64,000 nucleotides of DNA from a virus (lineage: Duplodnaviria > Heunggongvirae > Uroviricota > Caudoviricetes). The translations under genes and the position numbers were made by a program. The stretch lies in the IMG/VR virus record IMGVR_UViG_3300025011_000026; one strand, given 5' to 3'. This document shows positions 7,984-17,227 of the stretch, piece after piece (within the stretch, counting starts at the first letter, position 1; each line of letters opens with the position of its first letter). The notes under the pieces were generated by a model, which did no database searches, was not told the origin of the DNA, and saw only the letters and a program-made list of their open reading frames with translations.

Positions 7984-8454
7984 ATGTCAATGACCATAGG
8001 TGTAATTTCAGGTATGGTAGCATTAGGTGCTTTTGGTATAGGATATTATTTATACAACTCTAAAAACAAATCTATTCCTAATTCTAATTCTAAACCAGAA
8101 ATCAAAGTAAAAGAAATCAAACAAAAGCAAAAAGTTGAATTATCACAGAAAACATATGCTCCATTAAATTATGTTCCTAAAAATACAAAACCAACTCCTA
8201 AGACAACTTATAATTCTAATTCTAATCAAAATCGTAAGAATAATAATCATGTTGAAGATGATTATTTGTTAAATACTTCAATAGGTTTTGGAATTATTAG
8301 TTCTGCATCAGATGATCATGATAGTCATAAACATTCATATCATAGTTCGCATAGTTATCATGACTCACATGATAGTGGTAGTAGTTCGCATAGCTCGTAT
8401 GATTCTGGTGGCAGTTCTGACTCAAGTAGTTGTGATTGTGGAGGATGTGATTAA
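7984..8454 (+). CDS. membrane-anchored protein with His/Ser/Asp-rich tail
   Basis: One N-terminal TM helix (IGVISGMVALGAFGIGYYLY). C-terminus is DDHDSHKHSYHSSHSYHDSHDSGSSSHSSYDSGGSSDSSSCDCGGCD. Confidence 0.6.
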   Translation: MSMTIGVISGMVALGAFGIGYYLYNSKNKSIPNSNSKPEIKVKEIKQKQKVELSQKTYAPLNYVPKNTKPTPKTTYNSNSNQNRKNNNHVEDDYLLNTSIGFGIISSASDDHDSHKHSYHSSHSYHDSHDSGSSSHSSYDSGGSSDSSSCDCGGCD

Positions 8455-8703
8455 ATGGAAATAAAGATTAATACAAAATTTGAGGATTCTGACAAAGCAT
8501 TTATGATTCTTGAGAATAATACTTTTATGCCAGTCGAAGTGACAACAGTTATTGCAATCGATCATGAAGTAAATGCATATAATGTTGATATTTATAGAGT
8601 AAAATATGAGGTTAAATCTCTAAAGCCATTCAAGCATTATTCAGTATACGAAGATGAACTTTATACTGCTGAGGAAATGGTAGGCGTTTTAGGTAATTGG
8701 TAG
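8455..8703 (+). CDS. hypothetical protein
   Basis: ATG immediately follows the previous stop. An SD-like GGAGGATG lies upstream. Confidence 0.55.
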   Translation: MEIKINTKFEDSDKAFMILENNTFMPVEVTTVIAIDHEVNAYNVDIYRVKYEVKSLKPFKHYSVYEDELYTAEEMVGVLGNW

Positions 8704-8738
8704 TAAAAACTGTTTATAATGAAAGGATGTGATGTAAA

Positions 8739-8864
8739 TTGTTTGTATTATTTATTCTATCTATAGTTGCAATACTACTATTCTTAGCAATACCACTATA
8801 CGGTAAAATAGGCCAGAAGATTGAAAATGTAGAAAATAAAATTAAAGAGGAGATTAAAAAATAA
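8739..8864 (+). CDS. 41-aa single-TM peptide coupled to the SPFH gene
   Basis: TTG start after AAAGGATG. Translation MFVLFILSIVAILLFLAIPLYGKIGQKIENVENKIKEEIKK. Its stop overlaps the SPFH ATG (TAATG). Confidence 0.45.
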   Translation: MFVLFILSIVAILLFLAIPLYGKIGQKIENVENKIKEEIKK

Positions 8865-9775
8865 TGAGAAATAATATTAATATTGATATGAGTAATTTTA
8901 AAATAAATAAATTCACCAAAGGTTTGATTGCTACCGGAGTATCAGCAGTTGTTTTACTTGCAGGATTTGGAATGTCAACTACAAAGATTAATCCAGGACA
9001 TGCAGGAATCATTTATAACATGCGTGGAGGTTTAGAGGAAAATACGCTATCACAAGGATGGCATATAGTCGCTCCTTGGAAATCAGTTAGAGAATATCCT
9101 GTATCAACTGAAACAGTATGGTTAACACAATCAAAAACAGAAGGTTCTCCAAATGATGATTCGTTCAATACCTCAACAATGGAAGGAAAACCAGTTTCAG
9201 TTGATGCATATTTTACATACCATGTTGATGTTGATAAATTACCTGCCATATTTACTCGCTTCAAAGGTGCTTCAATTGAAAGTATTTCTGGAGGATATTT
9301 AAAACAACAAATAAAAACAGCATCTCAATCAATTACTTCTGGATATAGTGTTATGGATTTATATGGAAATAAGCGTACAGAAATTCAATTAAAAGTACAC
9401 GAATTATTAATCAAAGAACTTACTCCATTTGGTTTGGTAATTGAAACATTTAGTTTTGGTGAAATTCGTCCTGATGAAGAAACCAAAAAAGCAATTCAAT
9501 TAAAGGTTGATGCACAGCAAAAATTACAACAGATGGAAACAGAATTGATGCAATCTAAAGTATTAGCTGATAAAGCAAGAGTTGATGCTCAAGGTGTTGC
9601 AGACGCAAGTCTTATCAAAGCAGAAGGTGAAGCAAAAGCAAATCAAGTATTACAAGCATCTTTGACGGATGCACTTGTAAGATATCAAACTGTTTTGAAA
9701 TGGAATGGTGCATACCCTCAAGTTGTAGGTGGTAATCAAATTATTAGTTTGCCAATGGCAGATGCAGGGAAATAA
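8864..9775 (+). CDS. SPFH / band-7 (prohibitin-HflC-like) membrane protein
   Basis: N-terminal TM helix, then PGHAGIIYNMRGGLEENTLSQGWHIVAPWKSVREYPVSTE, typical of the SPFH domain start. The C-terminus is an Ala/Gln/Lys-rich coiled coil. Confidence 0.75.
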   Translation: MRNNINIDMSNFKINKFTKGLIATGVSAVVLLAGFGMSTTKINPGHAGIIYNMRGGLEENTLSQGWHIVAPWKSVREYPVSTETVWLTQSKTEGSPNDDSFNTSTMEGKPVSVDAYFTYHVDVDKLPAIFTRFKGASIESISGGYLKQQIKTASQSITSGYSVMDLYGNKRTEIQLKVHELLIKELTPFGLVIETFSFGEIRPDEETKKAIQLKVDAQQKLQQMETELMQSKVLADKARVDAQGVADASLIKAEGEAKANQVLQASLTDALVRYQTVLKWNGAYPQVVGGNQIISLPMADAGK

Positions 9776-9790
9776 TAAGAATCTTAGTTA

Positions 9791-9827
9791 GTGAAACCCT
9801 TGCCAGAGTAAGGGTATAGGGTTTCAC
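9791..9827 (+). terminator. stem-loop after the SPFH gene
   Basis: GTGAAACCCT ... AGGGTTTCAC forms a 10-bp stem. The T-tract is weak. Confidence 0.4.
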
Positions 9828-9914
9828 ATTTGGTTAAAATTACGTTATTGTTGTTTAATATAAATAATTACATTTAAATTATAATTAAATTTTAATAAAG
9901 GAGAATGATAAATT

Positions 9915-10238
9915 ATGAACACAATAATTATCAATGGAACTAAAATCCAAACAAGTGGTAATAATATTTCAGTTGTAAATGGAATTATATATTGTGATGG
10001 AAAGGTTGCTTTATCTGGTTTATCAGGTGACGTAAATATTAAATTTGAAGGCGATTTGGCATCTTTAAAATGTGATGGAAGTGCTGAGATAAGTGGTAGT
10101 ATAAAAGGCAATGTAGATGTCGGAGGATCTTTAGAGTGTGGTGATGTCGGAGGAAATGTTGATGCAGGTGGAAGTATACGATGTGGCAAGGTGTCTGGAG
10201 ATATTGATGCTGGAGGTAGCGTTAAGTGTAGTCGGTGA
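9915..10238 (+). CDS. beta-helix repeat protein (bactofilin-like / polymer-forming type)
   Basis: Iterated G(D/N)V(D)xGGSxxCG units (GNVDVGGSLECG, GNVDAGGSIRCG, GDIDAGGSVKCS). SD AAAGGAGA. Confidence 0.35.
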   Translation: MNTIIINGTKIQTSGNNISVVNGIIYCDGKVALSGLSGDVNIKFEGDLASLKCDGSAEISGSIKGNVDVGGSLECGDVGGNVDAGGSIRCGKVSGDIDAGGSVKCSR

Positions 10239-10273
10239 TTCAATAAATTATTCATAAATACTAAAATAATTAT

Positions 10274-10302
10274 TTGACATGTAGGAAGTAAAATGTTATA
10301 AT
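10274..10302 (+). promoter_or_regulatory. near-consensus sigma-A promoter
   Basis: TTGACA, 17 nt, TGtTATAAT. Confidence 0.65.
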
Positions 10303-10350
10303 GAATAAGTAGAGAAGTTACATAAGAATCGAGGAGGTGATAAATCTTAA

Positions 10351-10914
10351 TTGAATTTTAACAGACCAAAGAATGAATCAGAAACACATTTTCTACTAAA
10401 AGAAATATCTAAATACATATTATTTGGTTGGGGATATAAAATGATTGGAACAGAAGTCCATGGCATGTGGGACTTAGACATTGGTAAAAAGAGAAAAGAA
10501 ATTATAGATTGCGTAGGACTTAAAAAGATATCAGAAGGCAGAGGTAAATTTCATTATGATATCAAAGGAATTGAAGCAAAAGCAAGTTTGTCAGATTATA
10601 ATAATGGATTTTGTTGCGCTCCTGCAATGAGTTATGTTATAAGTACAGTAAATACTATTCCAGTTAATATTTTGCCTCAATCTGTAGGATTAATTGAAGT
10701 AGATTTTGATATCTTTGAATTAAAGAAATATTCACAGAAAATCCCTGATATGCAAGGAGTTAAGTTAGTAAAAAGAGCAAAAAGAAAAATTGATAGTAGA
10801 TTTAAAAGTGAAGAAAAGTATAGGAAGTTTTGTAGTGATTGTTTAGAGAAAGTGGCGTATAGAAGCAGTTCAGAGTTGTTGTTTTGGAGAAATTATATAG
10901 AGTTTGTCAATTAG
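10351..10914 (+). CDS. putative PD-(D/E)XK nuclease (MmcB-like)
   Basis: E..H in the first helix, D in IIDCVGL and GIEAKASLSDY fit a D...E-x-K core like MmcB/DUF1052 proteins. SD GAGGAGGTG then TTG. Confidence 0.4.
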   Translation: MNFNRPKNESETHFLLKEISKYILFGWGYKMIGTEVHGMWDLDIGKKRKEIIDCVGLKKISEGRGKFHYDIKGIEAKASLSDYNNGFCCAPAMSYVISTVNTIPVNILPQSVGLIEVDFDIFELKKYSQKIPDMQGVKLVKRAKRKIDSRFKSEEKYRKFCSDCLEKVAYRSSSELLFWRNYIEFVN

Positions 10915-10943
10915 ATAAATAAATATATTGGAGGAATAATGTA

Positions 10944-11318
10944 ATGGAAATCGGAGATAAAGTTTTAATCACAGATAATCTTAAAGAACTTAGAGAAAAA
11001 TTTAATCAAGATATTACTTTTGAAATGCTAGAATATGCAGATAAAAAAGCAAAAATTACAGAAGTATTAAGTGATAGTTGGTATGAATTAAATATTGATG
11101 ATGGAGTTTATTGGTGGTCAGAAAAATGGTTAAAACCAGTTAAGAATAATATTACCGATGAGTTTATAACATTTAATGAAGTAATTGGTAATATTCAAAT
11201 GTTGTGGTCTAATATGAGTGAAGACGATAAAACAGAATGTATTCAATTATTCTTTGGATTAAAAAATAAATATGAGATGATTAATTTTATTGATAAGTAT
11301 ACACCTGTAAAACATTAG
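10944..11318 (+). CDS. hypothetical protein
   Basis: SD TGGAGGAA then ATG. Confidence 0.6.
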   Translation: MEIGDKVLITDNLKELREKFNQDITFEMLEYADKKAKITEVLSDSWYELNIDDGVYWWSEKWLKPVKNNITDEFITFNEVIGNIQMLWSNMSEDDKTECIQLFFGLKNKYEMINFIDKYTPVKH

Positions 11319-11357
11319 AATTTATACTTGGTTATTAATTTTAAGGAGGTGAACAAT

Positions 11358-11519
11358 ATGGAAACAACATCACGCAAAATGATTAATGAATATAAGAACA
11401 ATCCTAAGAAAGCAATTGAACAATTAGAGTTTTGTGGATATGAAACTGAAGGTGGAATATTGATTAATAATGTTGCATTTATTGCATTGAAGGAATTGAT
11501 TATGGAGGATGATAGATAA
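11358..11519 (+). CDS. hypothetical protein
   Basis: SD AAGGAGGTG then ATG 11358, in frame with track ORF 11328. Confidence 0.5.
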   Translation: METTSRKMINEYKNNPKKAIEQLEFCGYETEGGILINNVAFIALKELIMEDDR

Positions 11520-11705
11520 TTGCATAAAATAATATTCTTGCAAGACTTCAACTCATTTAAAAAAGATACTTGTCGAGTAATTATGGAAGAAACTGAACTT
11601 CATTATAGGATTCAAATTAAATTGGATAGTAATGAGTTGTATTGGATGCATAAAAGTGATAATGGGATTGTTTATAGGGTTGTAGAGAGGGGTTAGATAA
11701 TTAAT

Positions 11706-12399
11706 ATGAAATATAAAAATTGCAAAATAGGACAAAAAGTAGTTCCTCATTCCAAAAGTGTATTTGATTATGGTGATTTAGAAAATAGTCATCATTGGGG
11801 ACAAGCGAAATCAATTAATCAACCTTATTTGTTTATTACTAAAATTAAAGAAGAGATAATTGTTTTAAGTGTTGACAAAAGTGATGGAGATTATTTCTTA
11901 CCAGAAGATTTTGAACCATACATAGAAATTAATAATGAAAGTAGGAATATTAAAATGAAGAAATCTGATTTACATAGTTCAATGTTATTTAAAATGAGAG
12001 ATAATAAATTATATGTATTGCTTCCTGATCATGAGGAAGACTTGGTTTTTTTATGATGTAGATGATATTAATGCAGGATATACTGAAGGAACTGTATTTC
12101 TTTATGATTTATATGAAAATTTAGGACATTGTGACAATGACGATTATGATATTGTTGCTATTAAACAATATGAAAGTTGTGTAGAAGTTTTATCAAAGGT
12201 ATTGTGTAATAGAGAACCTAAAGAATGGGATTGGGTTGAAGAGGTTGAGAAGGAAGAACCAAAAGTAGAAGAACCACAAATTCCTGTTATTAATAATATT
12301 ACAATTAATTTAACTTTAGATTCTGATAGTTTTAATCCTGAAAATTTCTTAAAACAACTTAATGATGCTTTTAATATACTTAAGAAAGAAGGAAGGTAA
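11706..12399 (+). CDS. hypothetical protein, two ORFs separated by a +1 frame change at a T7 run
   Basis: ORF 11706-12056 ends just after GGTTTTTTTA (12045-12053). The downstream frame (YDVDDINAGYTEG...) has no SD-preceded start. With one T fewer, the sequence would read ...HEEDLVFYDVDDINAGY... continuously. Confidence 0.4.
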
Positions 12400-12401
12400 T
12401 A

Positions 12402-12611
12402 ATGGCAAAAGAAACAAAAACCCAAGAAAGTATAAGTAAAACTTGGATTATGACAGTTGGAGTTGTTTTCAATAGTGAAGAGACTAAGGAATCGGCTATG
12501 AGAGATTTTCAAGAATCATTGAACGATTATGTAGACAGTTGTAGGATGATTGAAGTTGTTAATGCAAAAGTAGGCAGTCTTAGTTTTAAGATTGTTGAAG
12601 ATGAGTTATAG
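12402..12611 (+). CDS. hypothetical protein
   Basis: SD AGAAGGAAGG then ATG. Confidence 0.55.
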   Translation: MAKETKTQESISKTWIMTVGVVFNSEETKESAMRDFQESLNDYVDSCRMIEVVNAKVGSLSFKIVEDEL

Positions 12612-12628
12612 AATAAACGTGAGATTTC

Positions 12629-12699
12629 GAAGGGTTTTGGTTGAATTAGGTTGAGGTTGTGAAATGTTTTTATGAATTGTAAAATAAATATATATTTGA
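12629..12699. repeat. C-free tract, inverted copy of the G-free element family
   Basis: The reverse complement CACAACCTCAACCTAATTCAACCAAAACCC resembles CAACCTAATCCAATCCCAAACCA at about 60475. Confidence 0.4.
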
Positions 12700-12725
12700 C
12701 ATGGGTTTGAGTAATATGGTATAAT
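12696..12725 (+). promoter_or_regulatory. strong promoter of the replication operon
   Basis: TTGACA, 18 nt, TGgTATAAT, with an A/T-rich UP-like AAAATAAATATATA upstream. Confidence 0.6.
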
Positions 12726-12898
12726 GATTAAGAGGTTAGAAAAATAATTGATTAAGAAGAAAGGATTGATTGGTTGAAGAATAAAGGTAAATGCAGAAGA
12801 CCTATCAAATTTAATAAAAGTCCACCTCTTTCAATATATTTTTAAAACTACTTGTATAAATAATAAAATAAAATTATTGAAAGAAGGAATTAATACAT

Positions 12899-14005
12899 AT
12901 GGCATTTTATAACAAGTTTATTTTCATTGGTGATATTGGTATAGCGAAAGATAAAGAAAAATTTTATAATTCATTTTTAAATGATAAAGGAACATGGAGA
13001 TCATCTAAGATCAATTTCATGATTAAAGAATCTGACCATAATGCAGTATTTGTAGAACTATTTGGTGGGTATATGGCTGATGGAAAAGGGAAAGTATTCT
13101 CAAAGGATTTAGAAAATAATAATATTGAAATTCCTTGGGCAGATCGTAATAATACAGAAACTTTAAAAATGGTAGCAGATATGAAAAAATTTAAAGTTAA
13201 TTTTGGAGAACAAAAAGAATTTATTACAGAGTTCGATATGATTGAGTGTTTAAAAGATGAACTTCCCAAGATTACAAAACCAGTTGTAATTACAGGACAA
13301 ATTAAACATAAAGAATATAAGGGAAAATATACGGATGTATTCATCATTAAAACTATAAGACTTGCTAAAGAAGATGAAAAGAATAAACTCTCTGCTAATA
13401 TAGAAATTTATTACTCTAAAGATTCTTTAGACACAGATGATTTTAAAGAAGAAAAAATTATTAAACTTGCAGGATTTGTTCCTCAATACATAGATAAAGA
13501 GACTGGTATAAAATATATGCCACATCCATTTATATTGAGTGCTAAGAAATTAGATTTCACAAATGAAAAGCATGTAGAAAAATTTGAGTTCTTAAAGAAA
13601 TATCTTACAGTAAAAACTAAAACTTATGTGCATATTCCTTGGCAAATGACAGTCTTTAGAGGTGCTGATGAAGTTGATTGGAATGAATCAATGCTTACTA
13701 AGGCACAAAAAGAACAGGTTGCGTTTGGTCTTTCTTCTGTAGATGATTTTAAACCTAAATCAAATATGCTTGGAGGCAACATATATGAGTATCGTTTAAC
13801 TAAACCATTATTGGTAGGAGATTTTTCCGAAGGAGTAGTAGATTCTGAGATTAAAATTGAAGAATTCGAAAATAATAATGTATTCACTCCAGTAGAAAAA
13901 ACTGAAAAATTTAAAAAACCTAAAGAAGAAAAACTCATTGAGCAGAAAGTGGAATCAAAGGTTGATGAAGTCATTAGTAAAGATGATGAAGATTTATTTT
14001 CTTAA
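12899..14005 (+). CDS. putative single-stranded DNA-binding protein (divergent)
   Basis: First gene of the replisome operon. The acidic C-terminal tip DDEDLFS resembles the SSB DDDIPF partner-binding tail. No canonical OB motif could be verified by eye. Confidence 0.4.
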   Translation: MAFYNKFIFIGDIGIAKDKEKFYNSFLNDKGTWRSSKINFMIKESDHNAVFVELFGGYMADGKGKVFSKDLENNNIEIPWADRNNTETLKMVADMKKFKVNFGEQKEFITEFDMIECLKDELPKITKPVVITGQIKHKEYKGKYTDVFIIKTIRLAKEDEKNKLSANIEIYYSKDSLDTDDFKEEKIIKLAGFVPQYIDKETGIKYMPHPFILSAKKLDFTNEKHVEKFEFLKKYLTVKTKTYVHIPWQMTVFRGADEVDWNESMLTKAQKEQVAFGLSSVDDFKPKSNMLGGNIYEYRLTKPLLVGDFSEGVVDSEIKIEEFENNNVFTPVEKTEKFKKPKEEKLIEQKVESKVDEVISKDDEDLFS

Positions 14006-14014
14006 TATAACTAT

Positions 14015-14040
14015 AGAGGGAAGAGTAATAGCTTCCCTCT
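14015..14040 (+). terminator. GC-rich stem-loop
   Basis: AGAGGGAAG ... CTTCCCTCT forms a 9-bp stem with no clear T-tract. Confidence 0.35.
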
Positions 14041-14097
14041 CAATTGGTAAATAGAAAAATAAAAATAATAAAATAAATATAATGGAGGAATTTTATA

Positions 14098-15198
14098 ATG
14101 GCATTTAAAAAGAATACGGTTAAGGTTGAACTGGCATCATATCCACCATACATCATCATGGGCCAAAGAAAAATTGGAAAGACATCTTTATTTTATAAAT
14201 TGCTATTAACTCACTATAAAACATTTGATGCAGGACTTTTAATTTCTTTTGGAGATGAAGAAGGATATCATAGTTTAGATGGATTACAATATGAGCGTGT
14301 CGTAGAATGGGATGCTGATACAGACGAAGAAACTAATCTTCGTGGTTTTATTCAAGTAGTAGATGATTTGGTTGAAAATAGAAAAGAATATGGAATTAAA
14401 GCTATTTGTTTAGATACTCTTGATGAAATGATTTCTATTGGTACTACAGAAATGCTTAAACAACATAAAAGAGAAAAAGGTACTGTATGTAAATCTCTTA
14501 ATGATGCGTTTGGTGGCTTTCAGAAAGGAAGAGATAGACTTCTAGAATCTGTAAATCTTCAAATTACTCGTCTAAGAAATGCAGGATATGCCGTATTTAT
14601 CCTTTGTCATACCAAATTAAAGAATGTTAAAGATGTAATGACAGGAGAAGATTATGAGCAATTAACAAATAATCTTCGTGCTGATTTCTTTGGTAGTGTT
14701 GCAGATAAAGCACAAATGATAGTAAATATTACAATGGAACGTGAAATAGTTGAAGGAAAACAAGTTGGAGAAAAGAGAATGATGTATTTTAGAAACACTT
14801 CTATTGTTGATGCAGGAGGAAGATTTGTTGGATTGCCAGAAAAATTAGAACTATCTGCTGAAAACTTTATGTTAGCATTTGAAACAGGTGTTAAAAACTC
14901 AATGATTAACCCTGTATCTGATAAAGATATTGAAGATCAGAAAAAGGTAGAGGTAAAAGAAATTGATTCTGCTGCTGAAATTGCATGGAAAAAAGAGCAT
15001 AAATTGATTCAGGCAGAAATGAGCAAAGATGATAATTTAGCATTTGTAACTACAATTCAATTAAAATATCCTAAAGCAACAGAAGATATTAAAGAAATTG
15101 TAAAAGGAATTATGTCTGAATACAAAATTGAAAACTTTAAATCTCCAGAAGAACTTTCAACTGAAGGATTAAAGAAAATAGTAACAACTTTAGGTTAG
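14098..15198 (+). CDS. AAA_24 / Sak4-like RecA-fold ATPase
   Basis: Walker A MGQRKIGKTS, Walker B-like ICLDTLDE, and a later ILCHTK strand. This matches the typical layout of phage Sak4-type recombination ATPases. Confidence 0.6.
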   Translation: MAFKKNTVKVELASYPPYIIMGQRKIGKTSLFYKLLLTHYKTFDAGLLISFGDEEGYHSLDGLQYERVVEWDADTDEETNLRGFIQVVDDLVENRKEYGIKAICLDTLDEMISIGTTEMLKQHKREKGTVCKSLNDAFGGFQKGRDRLLESVNLQITRLRNAGYAVFILCHTKLKNVKDVMTGEDYEQLTNNLRADFFGSVADKAQMIVNITMEREIVEGKQVGEKRMMYFRNTSIVDAGGRFVGLPEKLELSAENFMLAFETGVKNSMINPVSDKDIEDQKKVEVKEIDSAAEIAWKKEHKLIQAEMSKDDNLAFVTTIQLKYPKATEDIKEIVKGIMSEYKIENFKSPEELSTEGLKKIVTTLG

Positions 15199-15211
15199 AA
15201 TAATAATTAAG

Positions 15212-15236
15212 GGGATAGGTGAAAATACCCTATCCC
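15212..15236 (+). terminator. stem-loop
   Basis: GGGATAGG ... CCTATCCC forms an 8-bp stem. Confidence 0.3.
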
Positions 15237-15263
15237 TAATTAATATATAAGGAATTGATATGT

Positions 15264-15758
15264 ATGGCAAGAAAATGTATATGTTCAGCAACTAAGGAAA
15301 GTGGAACAACTGATATATTTTATTGTATTAATGATAAGGGCAAAAATAAATACTATAAATCAGAAGAAGTGTATAATGAATACATGAAGGATCAGGAATA
15401 CAAACGAAAAACTATTGAGTATTTTCTATCATTGTTAGGATATGAATATTCAAATTATCTCAAAAAGAGATTAGGAGAATTAAATGAACATTTTACATAT
15501 GAAATAATATATCTCGCATTTATCAAGCAAACAGACAGAATTAAATACGTACTAAATGATAAATTAAGATATTCTACTGAGCAACAAAAAATAAGTTATA
15601 TTATTAAAATAATTGAAAGTGTTATCAATGACATAAAACCATTTAAACAAGTAGAAGAAAATAGTGTTGAAGTAAATATAGAAGAATTAAATAATATTAA
15701 AATTAAATTGATTAAACGTGTTGATATTAGGCAATATCTAGATGAGGAGGATTTATGA
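15264..15758 (+). CDS. hypothetical protein (position suggests a helicase partner)
   Basis: SD AAGGAA then ATG 15264. Its stop overlaps the helicase ATG (ATGA). No motif was recognised. Confidence 0.5.
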   Translation: MARKCICSATKESGTTDIFYCINDKGKNKYYKSEEVYNEYMKDQEYKRKTIEYFLSLLGYEYSNYLKKRLGELNEHFTYEIIYLAFIKQTDRIKYVLNDKLRYSTEQQKISYIIKIIESVINDIKPFKQVEENSVEVNIEELNNIKIKLIKRVDIRQYLDEEDL

Positions 15759-17218
15759 AACTAGAAGAATACCCAGAATCACTTACAAAAAATCGTCAAA
15801 TGGTTGAAGCATCATTTATTTTTTCTCTCTATAAAAATCCTTCACTATATGATGATTACCACAAAAATCTTAAAATTGATTTGGAAGATAGCGATATACG
15901 AACTGATGACGGAATTTTCTATTATAGCTTAGGATTGCAGATGTTTAAATTAGGATATCAAACTTTCGATAGTTTAAGTGCATATGCTTTCTTAGAAAGT
16001 AATCAAGTATTAAAGGATGGATTTGAATCAAGAGGTGGATATAAATCCGTTGAAGAAATGAAGAGTTTAATCAACTTAGAAAATCTAGATAAATACTATG
16101 ATGAATTAGTTAAATACAATATGTTATTAAGATTATATGACAAAGGATTTAATGTTGAAAATAATATTGATAAATTTATAAAAATGACTAGCGATGAAGT
16201 ATATGCTTTTTATGATTACCAATTAAATAATATTGCTTTAAATAAATCTGTGCAAGCTAATATTGCAGATTTAAACGAGAATTATGATGAATGGATTGAT
16301 AAATGGGATCAAGGAAATTCAATGGGATATAAGATGGGATTTCCACTTATTAATTATCATATGGCTGGAGTACATAAAGGAAATTTAATTCTTCATGTTG
16401 GAGGAATTGGTCAAGGTAAAAGTACATCTGCAATTTTGTTTTATGTGCTTCCAACTATTGAATCAGGAGAAAGCATTGTAATTATTGGAAATGAACAAGA
16501 TGAAGATGCTTGGAGACAAATGATTTTATCTTCTGTATTGTTTAATAAAATTAATTATAGAAAAATGAATAGACAAAAATTTATGTTTGGAGGATTTAGT
16601 GACGAAGATAAGGAGGGATTACAAAAAGCAACAGAATGGTTAAAAAAATCTAAAGGTAAAATATTTTTTGCTCATTTGCAAGATTATAATATTAATACAG
16701 TAAAGAAAATCATTAAGAAATATAGTAAGAGAGGCGTAGGAGTATACTTATTTGATACTATGAAACCAGAAGATGACTCCTCAGACAAGGCTTGGGCGCA
16801 GTTCAGTGAAGTAGCCAAGGAATTATTTTTGATAGCTCACAAAGAAGATATAGCTCTTATTGCTACTGCACAATTATCAGGAGAATCTAATAAACGTAAA
16901 TATTTAGATTTATCATGTATTGGAAAATCAAAAGCAATTGCAGAGACAGCAGGGCAAGTATTAATGTTTAGGCCAGTAAGAAATGAAGAAAAAGAAAAAA
17001 TGAAGGGTTATTCATATAAAAAAAATAACGAAGGTAAATATACTAATATAAAAACAGTAATTGACTTATCGCCAGATAAAGATTACATCATTATGTTTGT
17101 CTCTAAAAATAGATATGGTAAAGCAAATATTTGTATACTCTATGAAAGGAATATGGACTTTAATTCGATCCATGAATTGGGTTATGTCGATATCGAATTT
17201 GATGGATGGGGAAGGTAG
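15755..17218 (+). CDS. dnaB: DnaB-like replicative DNA helicase
   Basis: RecA-type C-domain with Walker A HVGGIGQGKSTS. The N-terminal helical domain, length and position next to the primase fit DnaB. Confidence 0.75.
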   Translation: MKLEEYPESLTKNRQMVEASFIFSLYKNPSLYDDYHKNLKIDLEDSDIRTDDGIFYYSLGLQMFKLGYQTFDSLSAYAFLESNQVLKDGFESRGGYKSVEEMKSLINLENLDKYYDELVKYNMLLRLYDKGFNVENNIDKFIKMTSDEVYAFYDYQLNNIALNKSVQANIADLNENYDEWIDKWDQGNSMGYKMGFPLINYHMAGVHKGNLILHVGGIGQGKSTSAILFYVLPTIESGESIVIIGNEQDEDAWRQMILSSVLFNKINYRKMNRQKFMFGGFSDEDKEGLQKATEWLKKSKGKIFFAHLQDYNINTVKKIIKKYSKRGVGVYLFDTMKPEDDSSDKAWAQFSEVAKELFLIAHKEDIALIATAQLSGESNKRKYLDLSCIGKSKAIAETAGQVLMFRPVRNEEKEKMKGYSYKKNNEGKYTNIKTVIDLSPDKDYIIMFVSKNRYGKANICILYERNMDFNSIHELGYVDIEFDGWGR

Positions 17219-17227
17219 TAATGATGT

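Noticed and set aside
12726-12898. The ~170-nt leader between promoter 12696 and the SSB-like gene, considered as a riboswitch.
   Set aside because: I saw only a weak 7-bp long-range pairing (AAGAGGT/ACCTCTT) and no recognisable riboswitch core. There is not enough evidence.
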